Below are positions 1 through 9,884 of a DNA stretch of 64,000 nucleotides, in pieces. A program made the translations under genes and the position numbers. The notes under the pieces are model-generated. The model was not told the DNA's origin, searched no databases, and saw only the letters and a list, made by a program, of their open reading frames with translations. The stretch is taken from the NCBI GenBank assembly GCA_963662465.1, contig OY759599.1:5344001-5408000 (forward strand). The letters are read 5' to 3'. The stretch comes from Desulfatiglandales bacterium. Lineage in GTDB: Bacteria > Desulfobacterota > DSM-4660 > Desulfatiglandales > Desulfatiglandaceae. Position 1 is the first letter of the stretch; every line of letters begins with the position of its first letter.

Positions 1-233
1 ACCCGGTACGAACGCGAAAGCTTCTCTTGAACAAGCGGGAAATCAAACGGTTGATCGGAAAAACCGAAGCAAAAGGCTATTCCCTGATTCCCACCAAGGT
101 CTATTTTACACGGGGCAAAGCCAAAGTGGAAATTGCACTGGCAAAAGGCAAGAAAAAATACGATAAAAGACAGGCGCTGAAAGAAAAAGAGTTAAAACGG
201 GACATAGCGCAGGCACATAAGGAACAACGCTGA
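1..233 (+). CDS. smpB: SsrA-binding protein, 3' part (gene starts before the window)
   Basis: [12 protein letters not shown]...[30 protein letters not shown] is the SmpB C-terminal signature. Confidence 0.95.
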   Translation, partial: PVRTRKLLLNKREIKRLIGKTEAKGYSLIPTKVYFTRGKAKVEIALAKGKKKYDKRQALKEKELKRDIAQAHKEQR

Positions 234-237
234 AGGT

Positions 238-281
238 TGTGAAAAACCTCACTTGACGACCGTTTTTTTTTGTGATAGGCA
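238..281 (+). promoter_or_regulatory. Possible Rex-like operator abutting a weak sigma70 promoter of fhs
   Basis: TTGTGAA-AAAC-CTCACTT (238-255) resembles TTGTGAA-N4-TTCACAA; TTGACG at 253-258 with a poor -10 17 bp downstream. Confidence 0.25.
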
Positions 282-392
282 AGGATTCTCAAAAAAGTTT
301 CGGGTCTATTTTAGATATGTGAACATTCACTTGGGAAGGATTTTGTTTCCAACCCATAAAAACATCATAACCATGAAGGAGGAATAATAAGA

Positions 393-2156
393 ATGGCTTA
401 TAACGCGGTAGAAATGGCAGATTGGCAGATTTCCGAAGCTGCCGAAAAAAACATGCCGACACCTGATGAATGGCGGGAGAAGTTAGGCCTTAAGACCGAA
501 GAAATGCTTCCGATGGGAAGACTGGCCAAGTTGGATTTTCTGAAAATCATCGATCGCCTCCAGGACCAGCCCGATGGCAAATACATTGAAGTTACAGCCA
601 TTACCCCCACGCCTCTGGGCGAAGGCAAAAGCACCACCTCCTGCGGTCTGATGGAAGGTTTGGGAAAACGCGGCGTTAGCGTCGGCGGCGCTCTCCGACA
701 GCCCTCCGGCGGCCCCACCATGAATGTCAAGGGAACTGCAGCCGGCGGCGGTAACTCACTCCTGATTCCCATGACCGAATTCTCACTAGGACTCACCGGC
801 GACATCAATGACATCATGAACGCCCACAACTTGGCCATGGTGGCCATGACAAGCCGTATGCAGCACGAGCGCAACTACAACGACGAGCAGCTTCAACGTT
901 TGACGGGCATGCGTCGCCTCGATATCGATCCCACCCGCGTGGAAATGGGCTGGATTATCGACTTCTGCGCCCAGTCGCTGCGAAACATCGTCATCGGTAT
1001 GGGCGGCCGCTTTGACGGCTTCACCATGCAGAGTAAGTTCGGCATCGCCGTGGGCTCCGAGTGTATGGCGATCCTGGCGGTTATCCGTGACCTGGCCGAT
1101 CTCAAAGAACGCCTCAACAACATTACCGTGGCCTTTGACAAGAGCGGCAAGCCGGTCACCACCGGCGATCTGGAAGTGGGCAACGCCATGACCGCTTTCA
1201 TGCGCAACACCATTAACCCGACCCTCATGTGTACCGCCGAGTACAATCCTTGCATGGTGCATGCCGGCCCCTTTGCCAATATCGCCGTGGGTCAGTCCTC
1301 CATCATTGCCGATCGCGTGGGTCTGAAATTGTTTGATTACCACGTCACGGAATCCGGATTCGCGGCCGACATCGGCTTTGAGAAATTCTGGAACGTTAAA
1401 TCCCGCTTCAGCGGTCTGAAACCCAACGTATCGGTTTTGACCTCTACCATCCGCGCCCTGAAAATGCACGGCGGCGGCCCCAAGGTTACCCCCGGCATCA
1501 AAATGGACGAAGTCTACACCAAAGAGAACCTGGAACTGGTGGAAAAAGGCTGCGAGAACATGGTCCACATGATCGGAGTTATCCGCAAAGCCGGCATTAA
1601 CCCGGTGGTCTGCATCAACCGCTTTTACACCGACACCGACGCTGAGTGCGCCATTGTCCGCAAGGCGGCCGAGGCTGCGGGCGCCCGATGCGCCGAATCC
1701 AAGCATTGGGAAAAGGGCGGGGACGGCGCGCTTGAGTTTGCCGATGCCGTTATCGATGCCTGTAATGAGGAAAACGATTTCAAATTCCTCTATCCGTTGG
1801 AGATGAAGCTGCGTGACCGCGTCGAAAAGATCGCCAAGGAAGTCTACGGCGCTGATGGCGTTTCCTGGACCCCCGAAGCCGAAGCCAAGGCCAAGATGCT
1901 GGAAGCCGATCCCAAGTACGCCGACTTTGCCACCATGATGGTCAAGAGCCACCTGAGCCTGTCCCACGATCCGACCGTCAAGGGCGTGCCCAAGGGCTGG
2001 ACCCTGCCCATTCGGGACGTGTTGATCTACTCCGGCGCCAAGTTCCTTTGTCCCTGCGCGGGCGCCATCAGCCTGATGCCCGGCACCGGTTCCAACCCCG
2101 CCTTCAGGCGGATTGACGTGGATACAACAACCGGAAAGGTGAGCGGCCTGTTCTAA
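393..2156 (+). CDS. fhs: Formate--tetrahydrofolate ligase
   Basis: [55 protein letters not shown] motifs; AAGGAGG RBS. Confidence 0.97.
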   Translation: MAYNAVEMADWQISEAAEKNMPTPDEWREKLGLKTEEMLPMGRLAKLDFLKIIDRLQDQPDGKYIEVTAITPTPLGEGKSTTSCGLMEGLGKRGVSVGGALRQPSGGPTMNVKGTAAGGGNSLLIPMTEFSLGLTGDINDIMNAHNLAMVAMTSRMQHERNYNDEQLQRLTGMRRLDIDPTRVEMGWIIDFCAQSLRNIVIGMGGRFDGFTMQSKFGIAVGSECMAILAVIRDLADLKERLNNITVAFDKSGKPVTTGDLEVGNAMTAFMRNTINPTLMCTAEYNPCMVHAGPFANIAVGQSSIIADRVGLKLFDYHVTESGFAADIGFEKFWNVKSRFSGLKPNVSVLTSTIRALKMHGGGPKVTPGIKMDEVYTKENLELVEKGCENMVHMIGVIRKAGINPVVCINRFYTDTDAECAIVRKAAEAAGARCAESKHWEKGGDGALEFADAVIDACNEENDFKFLYPLEMKLRDRVEKIAKEVYGADGVSWTPEAEAKAKMLEADPKYADFATMMVKSHLSLSHDPTVKGVPKGWTLPIRDVLIYSGAKFLCPCAGAISLMPGTGSNPAFRRIDVDTTTGKVSGLF

Positions 2157-2184
2157 TTAGAACGCGGTTCTATTATTAACCCCC

Positions 2185-2220
2185 AAAAAAAGGATGATCA
2201 TGTGATCATCCTTTTTTTTT
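2185..2220 (+). terminator. Intrinsic (bidirectional) terminator after fhs
   Basis: A-tract, GGATGATCA-tg-TGATCATCC, T9. Confidence 0.85.
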
Positions 2221-2648
2221 GAATTGAGTTATTGACTTTCGGGCATAGCCCACTCACAAATCAAGATAATAACCCCATCCCCACAGGTATAGTTGAACTA
2301 ATTTTCCCCATACAAGGATCATTTTCAGTCCTTGAGTCCCATTGTGGGCTTTTTTTACCATTATTAAATAGGCCACCCAGTCAGCCGCATAAGTCTAAAT
2401 GTTGTGGGGTTGTATAACCCATCAAAATTAAAAGGCGTTTTCGGTAAACAAGAATGCATTATGAACATTCATAACTTGAATCCAAGGTAAGTCAAATGTT
2501 TGGCCGTTGGCTAATTCAAACAGGCTCCTAACAGCCCTCTGGCAAATTCAGCACAACTATCTGAATTTATGGACGATTTTAATGAACATTGTTAAATAGG
2601 TTTGCTAGATTAGAGTCCCAAAGATACCCTTAATTTGGGAGGCGAGCT

Positions 2649-3738
2649 ATGCAACTGGCTGAAAATGTTAAGAATGGCGATTTGACGCCGGTATTTGAAG
2701 ACGGGACCAAGCTAACTGCCGAGGGAAAGTTTGAATTATGGCGCCAAATCTATTTATACCCCAACGCACCGAGTCGGCAAATCTTGGAGGAAGCCAGCCA
2801 ACTCAATATCACCATCCGGCATTTGAATCGCCTCAGGAACTCATGGGGTATCAGCCGGACAAAGGGCCGTCCCAAGAAACCCATGGCAGAGCAGTCGTCA
2901 TCAGATGTGCCGGTTTCTATCAAACTCAATGCCAACTTATCGTTTATCGGGGTACACATTTTTGCCTGTTGGGTCGAGATGCAGGGTCTTTTCCCAACGG
3001 TCCTGGAACTTCTTAAGGAAGCCATCTCATTGCATATGGGAAACTACCCACAAGATTCTTTCCCTTTATTGAGCCACCAAGATGAAACTTTGTTGGCCCG
3101 TTTCAAGGCGCTTTTCTTTGCTCCGCTGTTCGGTGTCCAAAAATTGATCGAGTATGATGTCCGAGAACATGCTCTCGAAACCGTTATCGGCAGAAGCTAT
3201 CAAAGTTCCACCTTGAACCGGTTTTTGGGCCAATTGGAACGTATCGACGCCGCACCGGTACCCAAGAATGCTCTGATATCAGCAGATGAGAACGCTGGCA
3301 ACATCTGTTTCATCGATGGTCACATGATTCCTTTTTGGAGTCGGCTTTCGATGCACAAGGGCAAAATCACCATGCTGGGAAGAATTATGACCGGATCTCA
3401 GGCGATCGGGCCCATATTGAAACGGGTCATGGCTATTTACTTCGACTACCAACCACCTGACACGCGTCTTCCCAAGATGATTATCGAGTTTTGCGCTCAA
3501 ATCGTCACTTTGACGGGAATCGAAATTTTCGTCATCGATCGGGAGGTCAATTCGGAAGCCATTGCGCAAGAATTTGCCGAGAACGGATGGGGTCTTTTGT
3601 GCATGCTGGATAAAAGCGAATATAAAGACCTTTCCGATTGGGAGAGCGAGTATATTGGCGAGCTCACTGACGTAGCCGAAGTATATCAAGGCCACTGGAA
3701 ACCGGAAAAGAAGAAGAACGACGACACGAGGCATTTTG
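2649..3738 (+). pseudogene. Putative DDE transposase, C-terminally truncated by the IS21-type element
   Basis: N-terminal HTH-like ...KGRPKK, FIDGH and VIDREVNS acidic motifs; after ...DDTRHF the frame runs into the IS21 left inverted repeat (ORF track extends it to 3827). Confidence 0.55.
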
Positions 3739-3988
3739 CTTCAACGCTAATCAAAACTGAACCAAGTTTGCTAATGGAAATTGAACCATTGGCTGTCACC
3801 GCCGGTGAGTACGGCCCTCAGGTATAGCGGACGATGAGGGATCCATAAGTGGCGGCAAAGGAGTCGTTGATGTAGATTTACTTTTCAATAAATTTTTATA
3901 AAATCTATTTTCTTTGGATTTGGTTTTCTTCTTCCAAGACAGAGGCTTGGTTAAGTGGAAATGCGATTTACTTTGTAGAATGGATGGT

Positions 3989-4024
3989 GAAGGCCCGAAG
4001 TAGCCGCTTCGGGCCTTCTTTTTT
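3989..4024 (+). terminator. Intrinsic terminator-like hairpin inside the IS21 left end
   Basis: GAAGGCCCGAAG-tagccg-CTTCGGGCCTTC followed by a T tract. Confidence 0.7.
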
Positions 4025-4073
4025 GACCACCGGATAGAGCCGGAAGCCACACACACGCCAATTTTATATAAGT

Positions 4074-4517
4074 GTGTTTCCGGCCAATTGCAAGGCCGGA
4101 ATGATGGGAGATGTCCTTTTAAGAGTGGTTCAATGCCGATGTTGTGGTTGCTTTTTTCACGTCTGTCGGTCGTGTTGGCGTGGCCAGGCCTATTGTGGGG
4201 AACGATGTCGCAGGATACGCCAAAGACAGCTGCACCGGAAAGCTCAGGGGAAATACCGCAATTCGAAAAAAGGGAAAGAGCGCCGTCGTTTGTACGAAAA
4301 AACAAAAAAATCCAAAAAAAATGGACTGAACCCTGGTGATGATAGTTCAACACCTCAAAAAGACTGTGATATTGAACCCAAAAAGCGGTCGGGGAACCGA
4401 CCCAGCTGTCTTTTTTGCGGGTCGATCGGGGTTGTTGTGGACCATTTTCCTCGCCGTGCTTATGCAGGGAGGGTTTTTTCAGATGTAACAGGCTTTGAGA
4501 AAACCCCATATCCATGA
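4074..4517 (+). CDS. Cys-rich (Zn-finger-like) basic hypothetical protein, IS21 passenger; start may be ATG ~4101
   Basis: CRCCGCFFHVCRSCWRGQAYCGERC and CLFCG motifs, R/K-rich helix. Confidence 0.65.
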   Translation: MFPANCKAGMMGDVLLRVVQCRCCGCFFHVCRSCWRGQAYCGERCRRIRQRQLHRKAQGKYRNSKKGKERRRLYEKTKKSKKNGLNPGDDSSTPQKDCDIEPKKRSGNRPSCLFCGSIGVVVDHFPRRAYAGRVFSDVTGFEKTPYP

Positions 4518-4529
4518 CAGGAGAAAAAA

Positions 4530-4949
4530 ATGATCAAAAAAAGAGTCCTTTTTCCCGAAAGAGTGCGTGTCATCAATGGAAGCTTCGGCTTTCTGGAGCA
4601 TCGTTTTTTGAGAAACGGCTTTTGGGAGAGCCTGAATCATCATGAGCTGCTGCTCTACATTTTTCTGGTGTTGGTATCTGACAAAAACGGGCTCTCTTAT
4701 TATGGTTACGACAGAATCTGCCGGATTTTAAAGGTGCATTTGGATCAATATATCGATGCCCGCGATGGCTTGTTGGACAAGGATCTGATTGGGTTTGATG
4801 GCCGTCTGTTTCAGGTTCTTTCGCTTCCCAGACGTCCTGTGATTGTGAAACAGGTAAAGGAGATCCGGCAAGGAAATTGGGTCAGTCTTGGAGAAACCAT
4901 AGAGGAAATCTTTCGGGAGACTGGGTATGGAATCCATCCGAACCGTTGA
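4530..4949 (+). CDS. Winged-helix/HTH-like hypothetical protein, IS21 passenger
   Basis: AGGAG RBS; ELLLYIFLVLVSDKNGLSYYGYDRICRIL...ARDGLLDKDLI resembles HTH_36-like replication-protein wHTH. Confidence 0.7.
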   Translation: MIKKRVLFPERVRVINGSFGFLEHRFLRNGFWESLNHHELLLYIFLVLVSDKNGLSYYGYDRICRILKVHLDQYIDARDGLLDKDLIGFDGRLFQVLSLPRRPVIVKQVKEIRQGNWVSLGETIEEIFRETGYGIHPNR

Positions 4950-5811
4950 TATTCATTTGCTGGAGTTGCGTTACGCTCATTGCCGGATAATGAATCACCA
5001 GGCTTTAAAGCGATTGAGGGATTCCATCGAAACTTACGGGCAGATCGTTCCGGCCCTGGCTATTGAAGAAAAAGACAAACTGATTCTGATTGATGGCTAC
5101 CTGCGTGTTCGAGCGCTTTGTGCTTGTGGAAAGGACCGGATATGTGTCCAATTCTCAAAAGAAAACGAACAAAATGCCATGTTTTCGCTTTTAACCAAGG
5201 CCAATGAACGGCAATGGGAAGTCATTGAGCAGTCTGTTTTACTTCAGGAATTACATCGGCGTTTTGGGTGCAGCCTCTCCCATATTGCAACCCGAATAGG
5301 GCGCGACAAGAGTTTTGTAAAACGGCGGCTGGACCTGGTTGAAGCCCTGCCGGAAAATATTTTGAGAACCGTGATTGCAGGCTCACTTTCAACCTGGGCT
5401 GCCAGCCGTGTCATGGCGCCGTTGGCGCGCGCCAACGGTGAAGACGCACAAAAACTGTTGGCCCACCTGGAAAAAGAACCTCTATCCACAAGGGAACTGG
5501 CCCGTTTCTACGCACATTACCAGAAAAGCAACCGGTCTGTTCGAGACCACATGCTGGAAAATCCATCCCTTTTCATAAAAGTTCTCGAACAAAGAACCCA
5601 GTCTAAACAAGCCAAAGAAGTTCATGATGGACCGGAAGGCAAATGGTTCAAGGATATTGAAATGGTATATGCGGTTCTCAAACGTCTGGTGAAAACCGTT
5701 TCGCATGTCCATTACCCAAAAAGCGATCAGTTGAAGAAACAAACGCTCAAAACCTGGGTGAAAAAGATAGAAAAACAAGCACTGGAACTCAAGAAAGCGA
5801 CCCAATTATGA
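4927..5811 (+). CDS. ParB/RepB/Spo0J N-terminal domain protein with HTH, IS21 passenger
   Basis: LRDSIETYGQIVP...LIDGYLRVRA (ParB box, variant GxxR), then HTH SLSHIATRIGRDKSFVKRRL; stop overlaps istA start (ATGA). Confidence 0.85.
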   Translation: MESIRTVDIHLLELRYAHCRIMNHQALKRLRDSIETYGQIVPALAIEEKDKLILIDGYLRVRALCACGKDRICVQFSKENEQNAMFSLLTKANERQWEVIEQSVLLQELHRRFGCSLSHIATRIGRDKSFVKRRLDLVEALPENILRTVIAGSLSTWAASRVMAPLARANGEDAQKLLAHLEKEPLSTRELARFYAHYQKSNRSVRDHMLENPSLFIKVLEQRTQSKQAKEVHDGPEGKWFKDIEMVYAVLKRLVKTVSHVHYPKSDQLKKQTLKTWVKKIEKQALELKKATQL

Positions 5812-7190
5812 TCCGACAATCCAAAAAAGATGCCATTGTGGAATTGAAAAAAACCGGCATGAGTTTGCGCGACATCGCCAAAACCCTGAAGGCCGGTCGC
5901 AATACCGTCACGAAGGTTTTAGATGATCATGACGAAGAGGCGGTACCCCAAAGGAACTCCCGGTATGAAGAACATGTCCCGTTGATCCGCGAGCTTTTCA
6001 AGGAATGTAAAGGAAATGCCGTGCGAGTAGCCGAGGAACTGGAAAGCCGCCAACAGATCAAAATCCCTTATCAGAGTCTGACCTGGATTATGAGAAAGTA
6101 CGAGATCCGGGAACGTAAAAAAAGACGGGCGGGCCAATACCATTTTAAACCCGGTCAGGAGATGCAGCATGATACGTCACCCCATCTGGTTGTCATTAAT
6201 GGGAAAAAAATGTCGACCCAGTGCGCGTCCCTGACCCTGGCCTTTTGCCGAAGGATTTTTATTCAGTATTACCCCTGTTTTACCCGGTTTGAGTGCAAGG
6301 TTTTCCTAAAAAAAGCATTCGAGTTTATGGACGGGGTGTGTTCCCGGTGCATGGTTGACAACACCAATGTTATTGTGGCCGGCGGCACCGGGCCTGATGC
6401 ATTGATTGCGCCTGAAATGAAATACTTCGGCGATATGTATGGAACCCGGTTTGAGGCCCATGCTGTAGGAGACGCCAATCGAAGTGCCCGTGTGGAAAGG
6501 CCTTTTCATTTTGTGGAAAACAATTTTCTTCCCGGTAGAACATTTGTTAGCTGGCAGGATTTGAACCGGCAGGCAATCGACTGGTGCCGGAATACAAGCG
6601 ATAAAAAGTTTAAACGGGCTTTAGGGATGACGCCGGATGAGGCCTATGTCATTGAAAAGCCATATCTCATTGATTTACCGGCATACCAGCCGCCAGTCTA
6701 TGTGGCAGAACACAGGGTAGCCGATGTTCAGGGATATGTGCACTTGGACACCAACCGCTATTCAGTCCCTGAAGCGCTGATTGGGAACTCCCTGGAAGTA
6801 CAGAAACATTGGCTCAAGGTCATCGTTTACGACAAAAACACAAAAGTGGCGGAACATGACCGCATACTGGATAAACGCAACACCCGAACAACCCTGCCCG
6901 GTCACCATGTTCCCATTCGAAGAAAAAAAGATCCCCGAATCCCTTCAAAAGAAGAACAGCTGTTGACGGGAGAGGATGCCATCCTGGATGAGTATGTGGC
7001 TGAACTGAAGAAAAGAAGTCACGGTCGCGGTGTGGTCAAGTTACGTCGGTTGCTTCATCTGAAACGCACTTATCCCGGGGAACCTTTTTTGAAAGCCATA
7101 ACACAGGCGCTTAAATATGGACTTTTTGATTTGTCGCGTCTGGAAAACATTATTCTCGATTATATCGCGGGAGACTTTTTTGATCTATGA
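5808..7190 (+). CDS. istA: IS21 family transposase IstA
   Basis: N-terminal HTH, PGQEMQHD, MVDN, SARVERPFHFVENNFL (DDE), GYVHLDTNRYSVP. Confidence 0.92.
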   Translation: MIRQSKKDAIVELKKTGMSLRDIAKTLKAGRNTVTKVLDDHDEEAVPQRNSRYEEHVPLIRELFKECKGNAVRVAEELESRQQIKIPYQSLTWIMRKYEIRERKKRRAGQYHFKPGQEMQHDTSPHLVVINGKKMSTQCASLTLAFCRRIFIQYYPCFTRFECKVFLKKAFEFMDGVCSRCMVDNTNVIVAGGTGPDALIAPEMKYFGDMYGTRFEAHAVGDANRSARVERPFHFVENNFLPGRTFVSWQDLNRQAIDWCRNTSDKKFKRALGMTPDEAYVIEKPYLIDLPAYQPPVYVAEHRVADVQGYVHLDTNRYSVPEALIGNSLEVQKHWLKVIVYDKNTKVAEHDRILDKRNTRTTLPGHHVPIRRKKDPRIPSKEEQLLTGEDAILDEYVAELKKRSHGRGVVKLRRLLHLKRTYPGEPFLKAITQALKYGLFDLSRLENIILDYIAGDFFDL

Positions 7191-7906
7191 AAAAGAAAAT
7201 TGAACAGTTACTCATTGATTTGAAGTTTAAAGGCATGCTGAAGGCTCTCGAAGAACAGTTGGCTTCGGCTGAAAAGAACGGTTTTTCCATTCACGAGGTC
7301 ATCTACAATCTCCTGGCTGAGGAATTACGTTTCCGGCAGGAGCGCAGCATGATCTATCGGGTCCAGATTGCAAAGCTTCCATGGGAATGGACCCTCAACT
7401 CCTTTCCGTTTGATCTTCAGCCGGGAATACAGAAGAGCCGGATCATGACGTTGTCCGGCCTTGACTTTATCAGCCGAAGAGAAAACATCGTGTTCCATGG
7501 AAAAACCGGCGTCGGCAAAACGGGATTGGCCGTGGGGATCCTTCGTCAAGCCATTATTGCCGGGTACCGGGGGCGTTTTTATAATGTTCAGGATTTGCTG
7601 GATCAGCTCTATGCGTCTTTGGCAGATCGGTCCACCCCGAAACTCCTCAATGCCCTTTGCAGATATGACCTGCTTCTGCTCGATGAACTGGGATACCTGA
7701 CCCTCAAAAAAGAGCAGATGAACGCCTTTTTTAAACTCATGAAAGATCGCTATGAAGCCGGTCGGTCCACAATTATTACGACCAATCTTCAACCTGAACA
7801 ATGGTATTCGCTGCTTGAACCAAAGGACATGGTCGATGCCTTGCTGGATCGTCTCAACCATCGCTGCATCAACATTCATATTGATGGTCCTTCCCTCAGA
7901 AAATGA
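7187..7906 (+). CDS. istB: IS21 helper AAA+ ATPase IstB
   Basis: Walker A GKTGVGKT, Walker B LLLLDELGY, STIITTN, ALLDRLNH, IDGPSLR. Confidence 0.95.
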   Translation: MKKKIEQLLIDLKFKGMLKALEEQLASAEKNGFSIHEVIYNLLAEELRFRQERSMIYRVQIAKLPWEWTLNSFPFDLQPGIQKSRIMTLSGLDFISRRENIVFHGKTGVGKTGLAVGILRQAIIAGYRGRFYNVQDLLDQLYASLADRSTPKLLNALCRYDLLLLDELGYLTLKKEQMNAFFKLMKDRYEAGRSTIITTNLQPEQWYSLLEPKDMVDALLDRLNHRCINIHIDGPSLRK

Positions 7907-7992
7907 GATGTTCGCCAAAGGGCCGGTTTTGAGGTCTGAATATCACCGGTCTGTTTGAATCTCGTTACACGAATATCAGAAATTACCTTGTC

Positions 7993-8202
7993 TTGGAGCT
8001 TGAAATGAGAGGTGGAAAACGGGTAGGCGCCGGCCGAAGAAAGAAACCGGAACATTTGAGACGTGAACTGCTCACCATTCGTCTCCCCAAATGGATGATT
8101 CTACAGCTGAAAAAAAACGGGGAAATTGGATATTTGATTGAGGATCAATTGGCGAAGGGAGGCCTCCTGAATTTACCGGACGACTATGACATAGACAAAT
8201 AG
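7993..8202 (+). CDS. Small AT-hook/ribbon-helix-helix-like protein, IS21 passenger (likely ATG at 8005)
   Basis: MRGGKRVGAGRRKKPEHLRRELLTIRLPKW pattern seen in small DNA-binding proteins; GGAG upstream. Confidence 0.55.
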   Translation: MELEMRGGKRVGAGRRKKPEHLRRELLTIRLPKWMILQLKKNGEIGYLIEDQLAKGGLLNLPDDYDIDK

Positions 8203-8467
8203 TTCCTCAATAAGCATTGCCCTTAACCGAAAAATCTAATCCCCTCTTCTCTGCCATCACCATATTGATGGTATCCTCATCACTGATTCTTCAACCAGAA
8301 CGCTACGTGTCTCACCAGCATTTTTAAAATACCATCTGATATACTCTTTCATGCAACCTCTAACAAATTTACAAGAAAACCCTTCTAAAAGGAAAAGACC
8401 AGTGCGCAATATCTGGTTCCGTTTGGATTAGCAAAACTGGTTCCATTTTAGTTAGCGCCCAAGATAA

Positions 8468-9881
8468 GGGAATTCCCAAGAAATAACCTACGCATTATTT
8501 CAAACATAATGTTATCCTGAAAAGATAAATGCATCAGAATCTTTATTTGCATTGAAACGCAATTTAAAAAAATGAGGGGACAAAAATTGAAGGAGGTGGT
8601 ATGAGCATAATGTATGAAAGACATGAAATTCATACATTGAAAAAAGTAACGGGTAAAAAGAATGAACGGAGAAACAAAAAATCTGATAAAAGATGCATGC
8701 AGACGACTGACTGGTTACAAAAGAAGAGCATATCAGGCCGACATTACCAGGAAATATTTCAACGGGAGTGCATACAAAGCCGAACGGGAGATGGGATGGG
8801 GGAGAGAGTGTGTAACAAAAGGCCTTAAAGAAGCCGAAAGCGGGATCAGATGCATGGATAATTTTCAGGGACGGGGAAAAAAGAAAACAGAAGACACGAT
8901 TCCCGGTATTAAAGAAGACATAATATCCCTTGCAGAACCTCAAACTCAGGCGGACCCTACCATGAAAAGCTCTATCACATATACAAGAATTACAGGAAAA
9001 GCTCTCAAAAAGGCACTGATTGATGAGAAAGGATACGACGGTGAGGATCTTCCCTCGAAAAACACTCTGATCAACATGTTGAACCGCATGGGATACAACC
9101 TGAAACGAGTCCTGAAATCCAAACCTGCGAAAAAGATAAAACAGGTCGATGAAATATTTGAAAATGTATGGAAGGCAAACCGTGACTCCGATGAGAATCC
9201 CAACTCTCATCGGATTTCTATTGATGCCAAGGCAAAAGTGAATATAGGCGAGTTCTCAAGAAACGGAAAGTCACGGGATCGGGAAGCGAAGAAAGCTGAA
9301 GACCATGATATGAATCCCGAAATGAAATTGGTTCCGTACGGTATTCTTGACGTTTTGAGCGGAATGCTTTCTATTTTTTTCGGCACATCTTTTGAAACAA
9401 GTGATTTCATCGTTGACTGTTTAGAGATGTGGTGGGAAAAAAACAGAATTACCTATCTTCATATAAACGAGTTGGTTATCAATCTTGACAATGGTCCGAA
9501 TTCAGCAAGCGGTCGGACTCAATTCATTCGCAGAATGACCGAATTCAGTGACAAAACAGGTTTGCGAATCCGCCTGGTTTATTATCCTCCCTATCATAGT
9601 AAGTACAATCCGGTTGAAAGATGTTGGGGAATATTGGAGGGACATTGGAACGGAGAAATATTGGATTCAATATCAAAAGCAGTCAATTGGGCATCTACGA
9701 TGACATGGAAAGGGATAAAGCCCATTGTCACGTTGCTGGAAAAGGCATATAAGAAGGGAATCCGGCTTACAAAAAAAGAAATGAAACCTTACAAAAACAG
9801 AATTAAACGTTCCGACACACTGCCCAAATGGGATGTACTTATTGAATCTGGAGTTGGGTAGTTTATTTCTTGGGAATTCCC
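8468..9881 (+). mobile_element. ISAzo13-family IS with 3-bp TSD (TAA)
   Basis: 19-bp TIR GGGAATTCCCAAGAAATAA at 8468 and its revcomp ending 9881; TAA at 8465-8467 and 9882-9884. Confidence 0.92.
8662..9861 (+). CDS. ISAzo13 family transposase
   Basis: RISIDAKAKVNIGEFSRNGKSR, NLDNGP, LVYYPPYHSKYNPVERCWG, LPKWDVLI. Confidence 0.92.
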   Translation: MNGETKNLIKDACRRLTGYKRRAYQADITRKYFNGSAYKAEREMGWGRECVTKGLKEAESGIRCMDNFQGRGKKKTEDTIPGIKEDIISLAEPQTQADPTMKSSITYTRITGKALKKALIDEKGYDGEDLPSKNTLINMLNRMGYNLKRVLKSKPAKKIKQVDEIFENVWKANRDSDENPNSHRISIDAKAKVNIGEFSRNGKSRDREAKKAEDHDMNPEMKLVPYGILDVLSGMLSIFFGTSFETSDFIVDCLEMWWEKNRITYLHINELVINLDNGPNSASGRTQFIRRMTEFSDKTGLRIRLVYYPPYHSKYNPVERCWGILEGHWNGEILDSISKAVNWASTMTWKGIKPIVTLLEKAYKKGIRLTKKEMKPYKNRIKRSDTLPKWDVLIESGVG

Positions 9882-9884
9882 TAA

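Larger units (their letters stand above)
3739..8463 (+). mobile_element. IS21-family element (4.7 kb) with passenger genes (Zn-finger-like, HTH, ParB-like) upstream of istA/istB
   Basis: Left end CTTCAACGCTAATCAAAACTGAACCAAGTTTGCTAATGGAAATTGAACCA; right end (revcomp) CTTGGGCGCTAACTAAAATGGAACCAGTTTTGCTAATCCAAACGGAACCA; both show the tandem ~24-bp sub-repeats typical of IS21 ends; encloses istA/istB. Confidence 0.85.

Noticed and set aside
234..392. tmRNA (ssrA) or tRNA next to smpB as an island attachment site
   Set aside because: The intergenic region is only ~160 bp, with no GGGG...CCA tRNA-like ends; I found no tRNA or rRNA gene in the window
398..1967. Long antisense ORFs over fhs (also over pilY1, the oxidoreductase, pilQ and pilF)
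   Set aside because: Codon-bias shadows of well-supported plus-strand genes, with no recognisable motifs
3796..4515. 239-aa minus-strand ORF in the IS21 left arm
   Set aside because: Overlaps the Cys-rich plus-strand ORF, which fits the operon; no motifs
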